From: Alphaproteobacteria bacterium
GTDB lineage: Bacteria > Pseudomonadota > Alphaproteobacteria > SHVV01
Assembly (NCBI GenBank): GCA_965261735.1
Contig: OZ253470.1
Coordinates: 3,840,001-3,904,000 of the forward strand
DNA: 64,000 nucleotides
Direction: 5' to 3'
Position 1 is the stretch's first letter. Every line of letters starts with the position of its first letter. This document shows positions 33,444-44,957 of the stretch, piece after piece. Under the pieces are notes generated by a model. That model ran no database searches. It saw only the letters and a list, made by a program, of their open reading frames with translations, and had not been told where the DNA came from. Position numbers and translations under genes: made by a program.

Positions 33444-35608
33444 GCCGCGCCTTTCCGCTCTTGAGGCGACGGGCCGCGCCCTCCTATTGTTGCCCATGAT
33501 CTTCGAGGAGGCGCCGCCGCCGGCGGACCCGCTGCGCTCGCGCATTTGGGCGGCCACGCGCGCCGACGAAGCGGCCACGGTCGAGGCCCTGCTGCCGGAT
33601 GCCCAGCTTACGGCGGCCGAGAAGCGCGCCATCGCGAAGCGCGCGCGCCAGCTGGTAACGGCGGTCCGTGAGGCCGGGCCCGCGAGCGGCGGCATCGAAG
33701 CGTTCCTCGTCGAGTACGGCCTGTCGACCGACGAAGGCGTCGTGCTGATGTGCCTCGCCGAGGCCCTGCTGCGCATCCCCGACGCCGACACCGCCAACCG
33801 GCTGATCCGCGACAAGCTCTCGGGCGCCGACTGGGAGGGCCATCTCGGGCGCAGCGGCTCGCTCCTGGTCAACGCTTCGACCTGGGGCCTGATGCTCACG
33901 GGCCGCATCATCGCGCTCGATCCCGGCATCGTCCGCAACGTCGGCGATTTTCTCAGCCGTCTCGCCTCGCGCAGCGGCGAACCCGTGATCCGCCAGGCGC
34001 TGCGCCAGGCGATGCACATCATGGCCGGCCAGTTCGTCATGGGCCGCACCATCGAGGAGGCGCTGGCGCGCGCCGATGGGTCCGGGGCCGATGGCGTGCG
34101 CCATTCCTACGACATGCTGGGCGAGGCCGCGCACACGCGGGCCGACGCCGAGCGCTACGCGCGGGCCTACCATCATGCGGTCGAGGCGGTCGGCAACGCG
34201 GCCAAGCACAACGCCGCCGGCGCGGTGTTCGAGGGCCCGAGCGTCTCGGTCAAGCTGTCGGCGCTGCACCCGCGCTTCGAGTTCGCCCAGCATCGCCGCG
34301 CGATCGCCGAGCTCGTGCCCGTGCTAAAGGGCCTAGCCTTGGCCGCGAAGGAGCGCAACATCGGCCTCACTGTCGATGCCGAGGAGGCCGACCGCTTCGA
34401 GGTCTGCCTCGATGCGTTCGCCGCCGTCCACGGCGATGAGGCGCTCGGCGCGTGGCCGGGTTTGGGGCTCGTCGTCCAGGCCTATCAGAAGCGTGCCGCC
34501 CCGCTCATTGACTGGCTCGCCGAGCTCGCCCGGAATCACGGCCGCCGCATCCCGGTGCGCCTCGTCAAAGGGGCCTACTGGGACACCGAGATCAAGCGTG
34601 CCCAGGAGCGCGGCCTCGACGGCTATCCGGTGTTCACGCGCAAGAGCGCCACCGACGTCTCCTACCTGGCCTGTGCCCGGCGCCTACTCACGGCCGGGGA
34701 CGCCTTCTACCCCCAGTTCGCGACCCACAACGCCCATACGCTCGCGGCGGTGCGGGCCCTGGCCGGGAGGGGCCGCGAGCTCGAGTTTCAGCGCCTGCAC
34801 GGCATGGGCGAGGCGCTCTACGGGGCGGCGCTCGAGGCCGGCTCTGGGCTCGCACTGCGCATTTATGCGCCGGTCGGCAGCCACGAGGATCTCCTACCCT
34901 ACCTCGTACGCCGACTACTCGAGAACGGCGCCAACACCTCGTTCGTCAATCGCATCGCCGACCTCGACGCGCCAATCGAAAACCTGATCGCCGATCCGGT
35001 CGAGGCGTGGCGCGGCCATGCGACCAAGCCTCACCCGCGTATCCCCCTGCCGGCGCGGCTCTACGGCGCCGAGCGCGCTAATGCGGCCGGGCTCGACCTT
35101 CAAGATCCGGCGACGCTCGCGCCTCTGGCCGAGGCCATGGCCGAGGCCGCGGCGCGCCCTTGGCGGGCCGCGCCCCTGATCGCCGGCTCAGCGCGCCAGG
35201 GGGCGTCGCGGCCGGTGCTCGATCCTGCGGACAACCTTCGCGTCGTCGGCGAGGTGGTCGAGGCGGACGAGGCCGCGGTCAGCGCGGCGCTCCATCGCGC
35301 GGCCGCGGCGGCCGGCGGTTGGGACGCGACTCCGGCGGCGGAACGCGCCGACGGACTCGAGGCCGCGGCCGAGCTGTTCGAGGCGAACGCCGCGGCGTTG
35401 ATGGCGCTGGCGGTGCGTGAAGCCGGCAAGACGATCGAAGATGCGCTGGCCGAGGTGCGCGAGGCCGTCGACTTCTGCCGCTACTACGCGGCCCGCGCGC
35501 GCGCCGACTTCGCGCACCCCCGCGACATGCCGGGGCCGACCGGCGAGACCAACCAGGTCTCGCTCCACGGCCGCGGCGTCTTCGCCTGCATCAGCCCGTG
35601 GAACTTTC

Positions 35609-36714
35609 CTTGCCTATCCGGTTTACACCCACACCCACTAGGGCTAGAATGGGCGCAACCCGGATATAGGGGAGCGCGCCATGGATGTTCTCGACCGCGC
35701 CGATCTCCCATTCCCGCATTCGCTACCCGAGTTCCAGCGACTTTCCCCCGATGATGCGGCCTGCGCCGCCTACCTGGAGAAAGCCCGCTGGGGAGACGGC
35801 TTTGCCTGCCCGCACTGCGGCACGGCGGGAGAGCCGTTCCACTTTGAAAACCGCCCTGGCGTCCTGCGCTGCCGCAAGTGCCGCCAGAACACCGGGCTGA
35901 CGGTGGGAACAGTGATGGAGCGTAGCCACACTCCGCTGAACGTCTGGTTCTGGGCCGCTTATCTGGTCGCCAGTCAGACGCCCGGCATGTCCGCCGTGCA
36001 GTTTCAGCGGCAACTTGGTCTTTCGCGCTACGAGACGGCCTTTCAAATTCTCCACAAGCTCCGCTCGGGCATGGTGCGGCCCAACCAAGACAGGATCGGT
36101 GGACAGCCCAAGAACCATGTTGAGGTGGACGAAACCTGGGTTGGCGGGCGAACGCGTGGGGAAGGCCGTGGTGTTCACCACAAGGTTCCCGTCTCCTGTG
36201 CCATCGAGGTGCGTCATCGAAAGCCGGGCACCAAGCTCGACAACCGGAAAGACGGACGCTATGCCGGACGCGTTCGGCTCGCCGTCGTGCTCGACCGTAG
36301 CGCCGAGTCGCTCTGTGGGTTCGTCGAGAGCACCGTCGCGCCGCGATCGCTGATCGTTACTGACGATTGGAGCGGCTATGCTGGCCTCGGTAAGCGCGGC
36401 TATGAGCACTTCGCTGTTGCCGAGTGTGGTGATCCAGAGGTTGCCGAGCAATACCTGCCGATCATCCATCTGGTTTTCGCCAACCTGAAGACGTGGCTGA
36501 TCGGTATCTCACCACGGCGTTAGCCACCAGCACCTACAAGCCTACCTCAACGAGTTCACCTTCCGCTTCAACAGGCGGTTCTACCCGTTCAACGCCTTCC
36601 GCTCATTGCTCGGCATCGCGGGCGACACCTCTGCTCCAACCTATGCCGAGCTTTACTCGGGAGAGTGGCGGCACCCTACATGTAGCGGTCATGGGCGTTA
36701 ACCGGATAGGCAAG
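35609..36714 (+). mobile_element. IS1595-family element, copy 2 (1106 bp)
   Basis: Same IRs as copy 1; TSD GAACTTTC at 35601-35608 and 36715-36722. Confidence 0.95.
35681..36701 (+). pseudogene. IS1595 transposase, frameshifted
   Basis: Extra T near 36509 (ggtatcTcaccac vs ggtatccaccac) gives a stop at 36523. Confidence 0.85.
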
Positions 36715-37771
36715 GAACTTTCCTCTCGCGATCTTCACGGGGCAGGTGACGGCGGCGTTGGCCGCCGGTAACGCGGTCCTCGCCAAGCCGGCCGAGCAAA
36801 CACCCCTCATCGCCGATCTCGCGGTCCGCCTGCTGCACGAGGCGGGGGTTCCGCCCGACGTTCTCCACCTGCTTCCCGGTCCCGGCGAGACGGTGGGGGC
36901 GGCGCTGGTTGCCGATCCACGAATTGCCGGCGTGGCGATGACCGGCTCGACGGCGACCGCGCGTCTGATCAACCAGGCGCTGGCGCGCCGCGAAGGGCCC
37001 ATTGTCCCACTCATCGCCGAGACCGGCGGCCAGAACGCGATGATCGTCGATTCCTCGGCGCTGCCCGAGCAGGTCGTCGGCGACGTGCTGCAGTCGGCAT
37101 TCAACAGCGCCGGGCAGCGCTGCTCGGCGCTCCGCGTCCTCTTCCTCCAGGACGACATCGCCGAGCCGGTACTGGCCATGCTGGTGGGCGCCATGGCCGA
37201 GCTGCGCATCGGCGACCCGGCGCTGCTGTCGACCGACCTCGGTCCGGTGATCGACGCCGAGGCCCACGCGGTGCTCGCGGCGCACGCGGCGCGCATGGAG
37301 CGCGAGGCGCACCTGTTGTACGAGCTAGCCCTGCCCCCGGGCCTCGAGCACGGCACGTTCTTCGCGCCGCGCGCCTTCGAGATCGCGAGCCTCGACCTGC
37401 TCGACAGAGAAGTGTTTGGGCCGATCCTGCACGTCGTGCGCTACGCCTCCGGCGACATCGATGCCGTGCTCGGACAGATCGGGCGCACCGGCTACGGCCT
37501 TACCCTCGGCGTGCACAGCCGCATCGATACCACCGCGCGCGACATCCAGGCGGCGGCGCGGGTCGGCAACCTCTACGTCAACCGCAACATGATCGGTGCC
37601 GTCGTCGGCGTGCAGCCCTTCGGCGGCGAAGGGCTGTCGGGGACCGGCCCCAAGGCGGGCGGCCCGCACTATCTCGCGCGCTTCGCCCATGAACGGGCGT
37701 TGAGCGTCAATACCGCCGCCATGGGCGGCAATCCGGCGCTGCTGGCGATGGACGAGTGAGCCGCGGCTGAG

Positions 37772-38848
37772 CTAGGCGACCCGAGTTGCGGGCGCAGCGG
37801 CGGATGCCGGCCCGCGCTTGGCGGCGCGGATGCGCTCCCGGGCGATGCGGTCGGCCATCACGTTCGTCGGCGTACCCTCGGCGGCAGCCTTGGCGAAGAG
37901 GGATTCGAGCGTGCGGCGGATCCTGGCCGCGTGATTGAAGGCGCGGTCGCGGTCGTACCCCGTGCGCTCGTAAGACACGTTGATCACGCCGCCGGCATTG
38001 ATGACGTAGTCCGGGGCGTAAAGGATGCCGCGTTCAGCCAGCGCGGCGCCGTGGCGGTCCTCGGCGAGCTGGTTGTTGGCCGAGCCGGCGACGACGGCCG
38101 CGCCGAGCTCGGGGATCGTCCGGTCGTTGATCACCGCGCCAAGGGCGCAGGGAACGAAGACGTCGGCGGCCACGGCATGGATTCGCTCGGGCGCCACCGC
38201 GGTCGCGCCGTAGCGCGATACAGCCTCGGCCACCCGGTCGGCATTGATGTCGCTGACCACGAGCTCGGCGCCGTCGCGTGCGAGATAGTCGCAAAGCCGC
38301 ATCCCGACATGGCCCAGCCCCTGAACCGCGCAGGTGAGCCCCGAGACGCCCTCGCGCCCAAGCTTACACGCCACCGCGGCGAGAATACCCTGGTAGACGC
38401 CGAACGCGGTGGCACCGGAGGGATCGCCGCTCGCCGATGCGAGACCCGCCGAATGGGGCGTGGCTCGGCGCACGATCTCGATATCCTCGACCGACGTGCC
38501 GACGTCCTCGGCGACGATGTAGCGTCCACCCAGCGAATCGACGAAACGTCCGAAGGCGAGCCACAGGGCCTCGGACTTGTCTCGCGCCGGGTCGCCGATG
38601 ATGACCGACTTGCCACCGCCCAATGCGATCCCTGCCAGGGCCGCCTTGTAGGTCATGCCGCGCGCGAGCCGCAGCGCGTCCTCGACGGCCTCGTCCTCGG
38701 ACGCATAGGGCCACATACGCGCGCCCCCGAGTGCGGGGCCGAGCGTCGTGTCATGTATGGCGATGATGGCCTTGAGGCCGGAGTCCACGTCGCGGCAGAA
38801 AACGACCTGCTCGTGGTCGTCGAAACTCTTCGATCCAAAGACGGGCAT
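37772..38848 (-). CDS. Leucine dehydrogenase (Glu/Leu/Phe/Val dehydrogenase family)
   Basis: IAIHDTTLGPALGG, GMTYK, GGGKSVI, AEDVG, GSANNQL, APDYVINAGG. Confidence 0.92.
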   Translation of the reverse strand: MPVFGSKSFDDHEQVVFCRDVDSGLKAIIAIHDTTLGPALGGARMWPYASEDEAVEDALRLARGMTYKAALAGIALGGGKSVIIGDPARDKSEALWLAFGRFVDSLGGRYIVAEDVGTSVEDIEIVRRATPHSAGLASASGDPSGATAFGVYQGILAAVACKLGREGVSGLTCAVQGLGHVGMRLCDYLARDGAELVVSDINADRVAEAVSRYGATAVAPERIHAVAADVFVPCALGAVINDRTIPELGAAVVAGSANNQLAEDRHGAALAERGILYAPDYVINAGGVINVSYERTGYDRDRAFNHAARIRRTLESLFAKAAAEGTPTNVMADRIARERIRAAKRGPASAAAPATRVA

Positions 38849-39046
38849 ACGCGACCCTCAACGACGTTTCCGGCACACCTGGTATCTGGGGACCGGTAGG
38901 GGCCATTCAATAAGGGTACAGAAAAGGAACCGATCGTTCATGCCCGCGGGTGGCGGCGGTTTTCCGTTACGCGGGCGGGGCCCCCGGCGCAACATTGGCG
39001 CACACCCGCAAGCGCCACCGTTCGCCCGTCACAATCAGCCCTACGG

Positions 39047-39853
39047 CTAGAAGCGGTAGCCGAGGATGGCGCCGCCGAAGAATTGATAAGGGTCCTGCAC
39101 CAAAGGGCTGTCGACGGGCTCGATGAACCAGTTCACACGCGCGTCGAGCGACACATAGATCGTGGGATTGATGTTGTAGACGAGCGTGCCGCGGCCGGAG
39201 ACGTCGCGAACGCCAGCAGTGCCCTCGAACGCTGGGCGCCCGCTGGCTGCCTGGCCCGCGAGAACGCCAAAGTAGGCCTGCGCGTAGTCCGAATCCATCC
39301 AAGTGAGATCGCCGCCGAAGATCAGGCTGGCGCGCTCGCTGATGCGGCCGCCGACGGCGACGCCGAAGCTGCCGAGAAGGCCGTCGTGGCCGTCGGTGAT
39401 GCCGTTGCGCAGATCGCCGGTATAGCGCCAATTGCCACGGTAGAGCTCGAAGAAAAAGCCGGCCTCGAGGCTGGGGTCGACGTCCGTCAGGCCGGCGAGG
39501 AAGGGATTGTCGCCGGAATCGCGGCCGAGGTCGTAGGTAATGCGGGGGCCTGCCCGGAGCGTTCGGTCTCGGAACAGGTTGACGCCAAGTCCGCGCTGGG
39601 TGCTGAGAAAGTATCTGCCGCGCCACTCGATGTCCACGAGCGGCAGGATCACGCCTTCATAATCGGCGCTGCCGAGGTAGTCCGGGGCGACGCCGGTCCC
39701 GACGCCGAAATTGCCCTTCCACTGGCGGTCCGTCGCGGTGGTAACGGCGGTGGCCCCAGAGAGCCACGCCTCCAATCCCCAGCTCGTGCCGCTCGCGGCG
39801 GCGGGCGTGGCCGCAAGGGCCAGCAGGACGACGACAACGACCCATCGTGTCAT
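39047..39853 (-). CDS. MipA/OmpV-family outer membrane protein
   Basis: Signal peptide, PDYLGSADY, YAQAYFGV, C-terminal YRF. Confidence 0.85.
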   Translation of the reverse strand: MTRWVVVVVLLALAATPAAASGTSWGLEAWLSGATAVTTATDRQWKGNFGVGTGVAPDYLGSADYEGVILPLVDIEWRGRYFLSTQRGLGVNLFRDRTLRAGPRITYDLGRDSGDNPFLAGLTDVDPSLEAGFFFELYRGNWRYTGDLRNGITDGHDGLLGSFGVAVGGRISERASLIFGGDLTWMDSDYAQAYFGVLAGQAASGRPAFEGTAGVRDVSGRGTLVYNINPTIYVSLDARVNWFIEPVDSPLVQDPYQFFGGAILGYRF

Positions 39854-39916
39854 GGCGCGAGAACTCCCCCTAGGCGCGCGGACCCTAGCTTATCCGCCCC
39901 TTGCGGTGCAACCGGC

Positions 39917-41041
39917 TCACCCGGCGCTACCGCCGTCGATGAGCGCACGGACATGTTCGCCGATGGCCAGGGACGAAGTCAGCCCGGGTGATTCGATGCC
40001 GAACAGGTTGATGAGGCCGACCACTCCGTGGATATCGGGGCCTTGAACCGTGAAGTCGGCGGAGCCGCCGGAGCCGCCGTCCACGCGCGGTCGGATGCCC
40101 GAGTAGGCGGGCTGCAGCGCGTCGTCCTCCAAGCCGGGGAAGAACTCTCGCACCGCGGTATAGAAATGCCGCGCGCGGGCCGGATCGACGCCGTAATCGA
40201 TTCCCGTGACGACCTCCTGGTCGGGGCCGAAGCGCGCCTGTCCCGCGAGGTCGAGGGTGAAGTGGATGCCGAGGGAGGCTCGGCCGGGGACGGGATAGAC
40301 GAGGCGGGTGAAGGGCGCCCGGCCTCGGAAGCCGAAGTAGCTACCCTTCACCAGCGTGTAGCTCGGGATTGCACCGTCCGGCATGCCGTCGAGCGAGCGT
40401 GCCACCGCGGGCGCGCCGAGGCCCGCGGCGTTCACCAGCACGCGGCACGAGAGCCGCGAGTTTTCTCCGCCTTGCGCGGCGACGTCGAGGAGAAACTCGC
40501 CGGGCCGCGCGACGCCGCGACGAAGTGAATGGCGCAGGGCGATGACGCAGCCGTGCGACTCGGCCTCGCCCTGCAGGCTAAGCATCAGGGCGTGACTGTC
40601 GAGGATGCCGCTCGAGGGGGAGAGCAGCGCGCCGACGCTACGCAAGCGAGGCTCGAGCTGCAGTGCCGCTTGGCCGTCGATGAGTTCGAGGTCAGTAACC
40701 CCGTTGGCCCGCCCGGTCCGGCGCAGGCGCTCGAGTGTGGCGATCTGATCGGGTGCGGTGGCGACGATGAGTTTTCCGGTGCGGCGGTGGGCGATGCCGC
40801 GGCTCGCGCAATAGGCGTACAAAGCCTCCTTGCCGGGAACGCACAGCCGTGCCTTGAGGCTGTTCGCGGCGTAGTAGATCCCGGCGTGAATGACCTCGCT
40901 GTTACGCGAGCTCGTATGCGCCCCGGTCGTGGCTTCCCCCTCCAGCACAATGACCTCATGGCCGGACAGCGACAGCGCACGGGCGACGGCGAGCCCGATG
41001 ACCCCGGCGCCGACGACGACGCAGTCGACCCGATCAACCAT
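39917..41041 (-). CDS. FAD-dependent oxidoreductase, L-2-hydroxyglutarate dehydrogenase-like
   Basis: VVGAGVIGLA, TSSRNSEVIHAGIYY, GIESPGLTS. Confidence 0.85.
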   Translation of the reverse strand: MVDRVDCVVVGAGVIGLAVARALSLSGHEVIVLEGEATTGAHTSSRNSEVIHAGIYYAANSLKARLCVPGKEALYAYCASRGIAHRRTGKLIVATAPDQIATLERLRRTGRANGVTDLELIDGQAALQLEPRLRSVGALLSPSSGILDSHALMLSLQGEAESHGCVIALRHSLRRGVARPGEFLLDVAAQGGENSRLSCRVLVNAAGLGAPAVARSLDGMPDGAIPSYTLVKGSYFGFRGRAPFTRLVYPVPGRASLGIHFTLDLAGQARFGPDQEVVTGIDYGVDPARARHFYTAVREFFPGLEDDALQPAYSGIRPRVDGGSGGSADFTVQGPDIHGVVGLINLFGIESPGLTSSLAIGEHVRALIDGGSAG

Positions 41042-41235
41042 CAACGCGCGCGAGCCTGGGCTGGCGCCGCCGGCCGCGGGCGATGGCACACCCGCTTGCC
41101 CACGTTTATTCCCGCTTGTCCCATCGCTCACCAAAGTGTGAAGGTGTTGACCTTGCTTATTGGCGGGGCCTCTGCAACATCCCCTGTTGAGCGGCCCCGC
41201 GTAACAACCCGCGCAGCAGCAGGGAGTTTGACACC

Positions 41236-42225
41236 ATGGTGCGTCGCATCTCCGCCGCGCTCTTTGCCTTCGGCCTCCTCGGCGTCGCCTCGGCGTCCGC
41301 CAATCCCGCCGCCTGGCAGCGCGAGTGGCCGCGCACGGACTTCTCCAAAACGGCGGTCGACTATTCCGAGATCCTCTCGGGTGGGCCGCCCAAGGACGGT
41401 ATCCCGTCGATCGACGAGCCCGAGTTCAAGGCGATCGCCGAAGTCGACCATCTCGGCGATATGGAGCCGGTGATCGGTGTCGTCATCAACGGCGACGCGC
41501 GCGCCTATCCGCTACAGGTCCTGATCTGGCACGAGATCGTCAACGACACCGTGGGCGGTGTGCCGGTCTCGGTCACATTCTGCCCGCTGTGCAACACGGG
41601 TCTCGTCTTCGACCGCCGGCTCGGGGGCCGGGTTCTCGACTTCGGCACCACGGGCAAGCTGCGCAACTCCGACCTCGTCATGTACGACCGCCAGACCGAG
41701 AGCTGGTGGCAGCAGTTTCTCGGCGAGGCCATTGTCGGCGAGTTCACGGGCGCGCGTCTGACACTGGTCCCCGCGCGCCTCGAATCCTTCGCCCGCTTCC
41801 GCGCCCGGGCGCCGGCCGGCCAGGTCCTGGTGCCGAGCCGGCCGGTTCGCAGCTACGGCCGCAACCCCTACGTCAGCTACGATTCCCGCTCCCGCCCCTA
41901 CGGCTTTTTCCGCGGCGACCTGCCAACGGAGATCGCACCCTTGGCCCGCGTCGTCACCATCGGGGACGAGGCGTGGAGCCTCGAAGCGCTCCGCGAAAAG
42001 CGCATGATCGAGGCCGGCGGGCTCATCCTGACGTGGGAGCCAGGCCAGAACTCGGCACTCGATTCGTCGCGTATCGCCAAGGGCATGGACGTCGGCAACG
42101 TCATCGTGCAACGCCGGGCCGCGAGCGGCAAGCTCGAGGACGCCCCTTACAGCGTCGACTTCGCGTTCGCCTTTCGCGCGTTCCATCCCAAGGGCGTGAT
42201 CCACGTCCGTAGCGAAAGCAACTGA
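41236..42225 (+). CDS. DUF3179-family exported protein with CxxC
   Basis: Signal peptide, GGPPKDGIPSID, HEIVND, FCPLCNT, LVMYDRQTESWW. Confidence 0.82.
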   Translation: MVRRISAALFAFGLLGVASASANPAAWQREWPRTDFSKTAVDYSEILSGGPPKDGIPSIDEPEFKAIAEVDHLGDMEPVIGVVINGDARAYPLQVLIWHEIVNDTVGGVPVSVTFCPLCNTGLVFDRRLGGRVLDFGTTGKLRNSDLVMYDRQTESWWQQFLGEAIVGEFTGARLTLVPARLESFARFRARAPAGQVLVPSRPVRSYGRNPYVSYDSRSRPYGFFRGDLPTEIAPLARVVTIGDEAWSLEALREKRMIEAGGLILTWEPGQNSALDSSRIAKGMDVGNVIVQRRAASGKLEDAPYSVDFAFAFRAFHPKGVIHVRSESN

Positions 42226-42399
42226 GCGCGCGCTTCGAGGACTCGCTTCCGCGGTGCGTGCACGCGCGAGACCTTGCGCAGCCCGACCCCGACTGCCTAT
42301 GTTTGACGTAGCGGGCGGCCGCGCACAGTGGACGGGATTCAGGCATTTTCGCTAGACTTCCGGGACCTGGGTGCTTGACCAGGCCGCGCACAGGGATTC

Positions 42400-43113
42400 A
42401 TGGCGGCGAAAAAAGAGGGTGATGTCTCCCGCGCTTCTGCGCCTCGAGGGGTCGAGACGTTTCTACAGAAGGTCGCGGCGATCCCCACGCGCGGGCCCAC
42501 GAGCCAGCGCGGGCGGCTGATCTTCGCCCTCGATGCGACCGCGAGCCGCGAACCCACCTGGGACCGCGCCTGCCAGATCCAAGGGCAGATGTTTACCGAG
42601 ACCGCGGCGCTCGGCGGCCTCGACGTGCAAATGGTTTTCTACCGCGGCTTTCACGAGTTCCGGGCGACCGGATGGGTAAGCAACTCGGCCGAGTTGGTGC
42701 GAGAGATGACGGCCGTGTTCTGCCTCGGCGGTGAAACTCAGATCGGCCGGGTCCTGCACCACGCCATTCAGGAGACCCGGAAGAAGCACGTGGATGCGGT
42801 CGTGTTTATCGGCGACTGCTGCGAGGAAGATATCGATCCGTTGTGCGCTCGCGCCGGTGAGCTCGGCATGCTGGGTGTGCCGGCGTTCGTCTTCCAGGAG
42901 GGCAGCGAGCCCGGGGCCATGCGCACCTTCAAGGAGATCGCGAATCTCACCAAGGGCGCCTACTGCAGCTTCGATTACTCGAGCGCACGCCAGCTCCGCG
43001 ACCTGCTGAGCGCGGTTGCGGTGTTCGCGGCCGGTGGTCGGCGTGCGCTCGTCGATTTCAGCCGGCGCGCGAGCCGTGACGTGTTTCTATTGAGTAAGCA
43101 GCTCAAGGGGTGA
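42400..43113 (+). CDS. VWA-domain protein
   Basis: FALDATASR (MIDAS-like), GGETQI, VFIGD. Confidence 0.8.
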   Translation: MAAKKEGDVSRASAPRGVETFLQKVAAIPTRGPTSQRGRLIFALDATASREPTWDRACQIQGQMFTETAALGGLDVQMVFYRGFHEFRATGWVSNSAELVREMTAVFCLGGETQIGRVLHHAIQETRKKHVDAVVFIGDCCEEDIDPLCARAGELGMLGVPAFVFQEGSEPGAMRTFKEIANLTKGAYCSFDYSSARQLRDLLSAVAVFAAGGRRALVDFSRRASRDVFLLSKQLKG

Positions 43114-43117
43114 AACC

Positions 43118-43807
43118 GTGATCGCCTGGTTCGTCCTCGGTCTCTGCATGCTGGCCGCGGCCGGGCTGCTCGCCCGATGGTTCCTTTCGGCGGACCCTGC
43201 AACCTTGGCCAAGGTCGTGCGGTGGGGCGCCGTTTGCGTGGTTGGCGTCATCGGCGTGTTCCTGGCCCTTCGCCTGCCGATCCTGCTGCCGGCACTGCTC
43301 GTGGCGGCACCGCTCCTGCGCCGGCTGCGCCGGCGCCGCTACGGCGTGCAGGCCGGACCCACGGTCGGGCAGAGCTCACAGGTGGCGACCGACTACCTGG
43401 AGATGACGCTCGATCACGATTCCGGTGTGATCCGTGGCCGCGTGCTCCGCGGCCGTTACGCCGGGCAGGACCTCGACGCTCTTTCCGTGGAGGAGTTGCT
43501 GTTCGTGCTCGGCGAGTGCCGGCGTCACGACCCGCAATCGGTGTCGCTCCTCGAGACCTACCTCGACCGCGCCCACGGCGTCGAATGGCGCGAACACGTC
43601 GACGCCGAGGGCGCCGCCGCCGGAGGCGACCAGCCGATGAGTCGCGAAGAGGCCTACCAGGTGCTGGGGCTCGAGCCCGATGCACCGGCCGAGGACATCA
43701 AGGAGGCGCATCACCGGCTCCTGCTGAAGATCCATCCCGACCAGGGCGGATCGACCTACCTCGCGGCAAAGATCAACCAGGCCAAGGAGTTGCTGCTCGG
43801 CGGCTAG
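43118..43807 (+). CDS. Membrane-anchored J-domain protein (TimB/Pam18-like)
   Basis: N-terminal TM helices; C-terminal EAYQVLGL...HPDQGGSTYLAAKINQAKELL. Confidence 0.85.
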   Translation: MIAWFVLGLCMLAAAGLLARWFLSADPATLAKVVRWGAVCVVGVIGVFLALRLPILLPALLVAAPLLRRLRRRRYGVQAGPTVGQSSQVATDYLEMTLDHDSGVIRGRVLRGRYAGQDLDALSVEELLFVLGECRRHDPQSVSLLETYLDRAHGVEWREHVDAEGAAAGGDQPMSREEAYQVLGLEPDAPAEDIKEAHHRLLLKIHPDQGGSTYLAAKINQAKELLLGG

Positions 43808-44957
43808 TGGATTGATCGGAACGAAAGAGTCCGATTTGAGATTCCGTATTGTGCGGTGTCATGCGAGTCTGTGCTATGCGCACCGGCATCCATTTTACTG
43901 TCACGTCTGGCGACCGTCAGCGATTGCAAGCTATCGTCGCGGACCCGAAGAGCTCGCAGAAACATGTCTGGCGGGCGCGGATCATCCTGAAGAGCGACGA
44001 GGGGCTCGGGAACTCGTCGATCATGGCCGAGACCGGCAAGTCCAAGACCTGTGTCTGGCGCTGGCAGGAGCGGTTCATGCACGAGGGTGTCAACGGCTTG
44101 CTTCGCGACAGGTCCCGTCCGCCTGGCAAAGCGCCGATCCCGCCGGAGCGCGTCGCCGAGATCGTCCGCCTGACCCAGCAAGCGCCGCCGCACGAGGCGA
44201 CCCACTGGACGCTGCGCGCGATGGCGAAGGTTGCTGGCGTCGCGGCGTCGACGGTCCAATCGATCTGGAAGGCCCATGGCCTCAGCCCGCACCGCTGGCG
44301 GCACTTCAAGCTCTCCAATGATCCCGCCTTCGCCGAGAAGCTCACAGATATCGTCGGCTTGTATGTCGATCCGCCGGCCCATGCCGTGGTGCTGTCGGTT
44401 GATGAGAAATCACAGATCCAGGCGCTCGACCGCACCCAACCCGGCTTGCCGATGAAGAAGGGCCGCGCCGGTACGATGACCTATGATTACAAACGGCATG
44501 GCACGACGACGCTGTTCGCCGCGCTCAACGTGCTGGACGGTACGGTCATCGCACAGAACATGCAGCGCCACCGCCATCAGGAGTTCATCCGCTTCCTCAA
44601 CCGCATCGAGCGCGAGGTGCCGACGGACAAGGCCGTCCACGTCATCCTCGACAACTACGCCGCGCACAAGAAGGACAAGGTCCGCGCCTGGCTCGCCCGC
44701 CATCCACGCTGGACCTTCCACTTCACGCCAACCTCGTGCTCGTGGCTCAATGCCGTCGAGGGCTTCTTCGCCAAACTAACGCGGCGCAGGCTCAAATACG
44801 GCGTCTTCCAATCCGTCGTCGACCTTCAGGCCGCCATCAACCGATTTGTCCGCGAATACAATGACGCAAACCCAAAACCCTTCATCTGGAAAGCCGACCC
44901 CGATCATATCATCGCCGCACGAAACAGAGGGTTCCAAACGTTGGAATCAATCCACTA
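43805..44957 (+). mobile_element. IS630-family element (coordinates include the duplicated TA)
   Basis: CTAGTGGATTGAT ... ATCAATCCACTAG ends; TA duplication within a CTAG target. Confidence 0.93.

Larger units (their letters stand above)
33496..37759 (+). pseudogene. putA: Bifunctional proline dehydrogenase / P5C dehydrogenase interrupted by IS1595
   Basis: RLVKGAYWD, YLVRRLLENGAN, ETGGQNA, SAGQRCSA, EVFGP; IS removal restores ISPWNFPLAIFTGQ. Confidence 0.95.

Noticed and set aside
35609-35754. putA ORF reading into the IS (755-aa fusion)
   Set aside because: Simple read-through into IS sequence; no evidence of a functional fusion.
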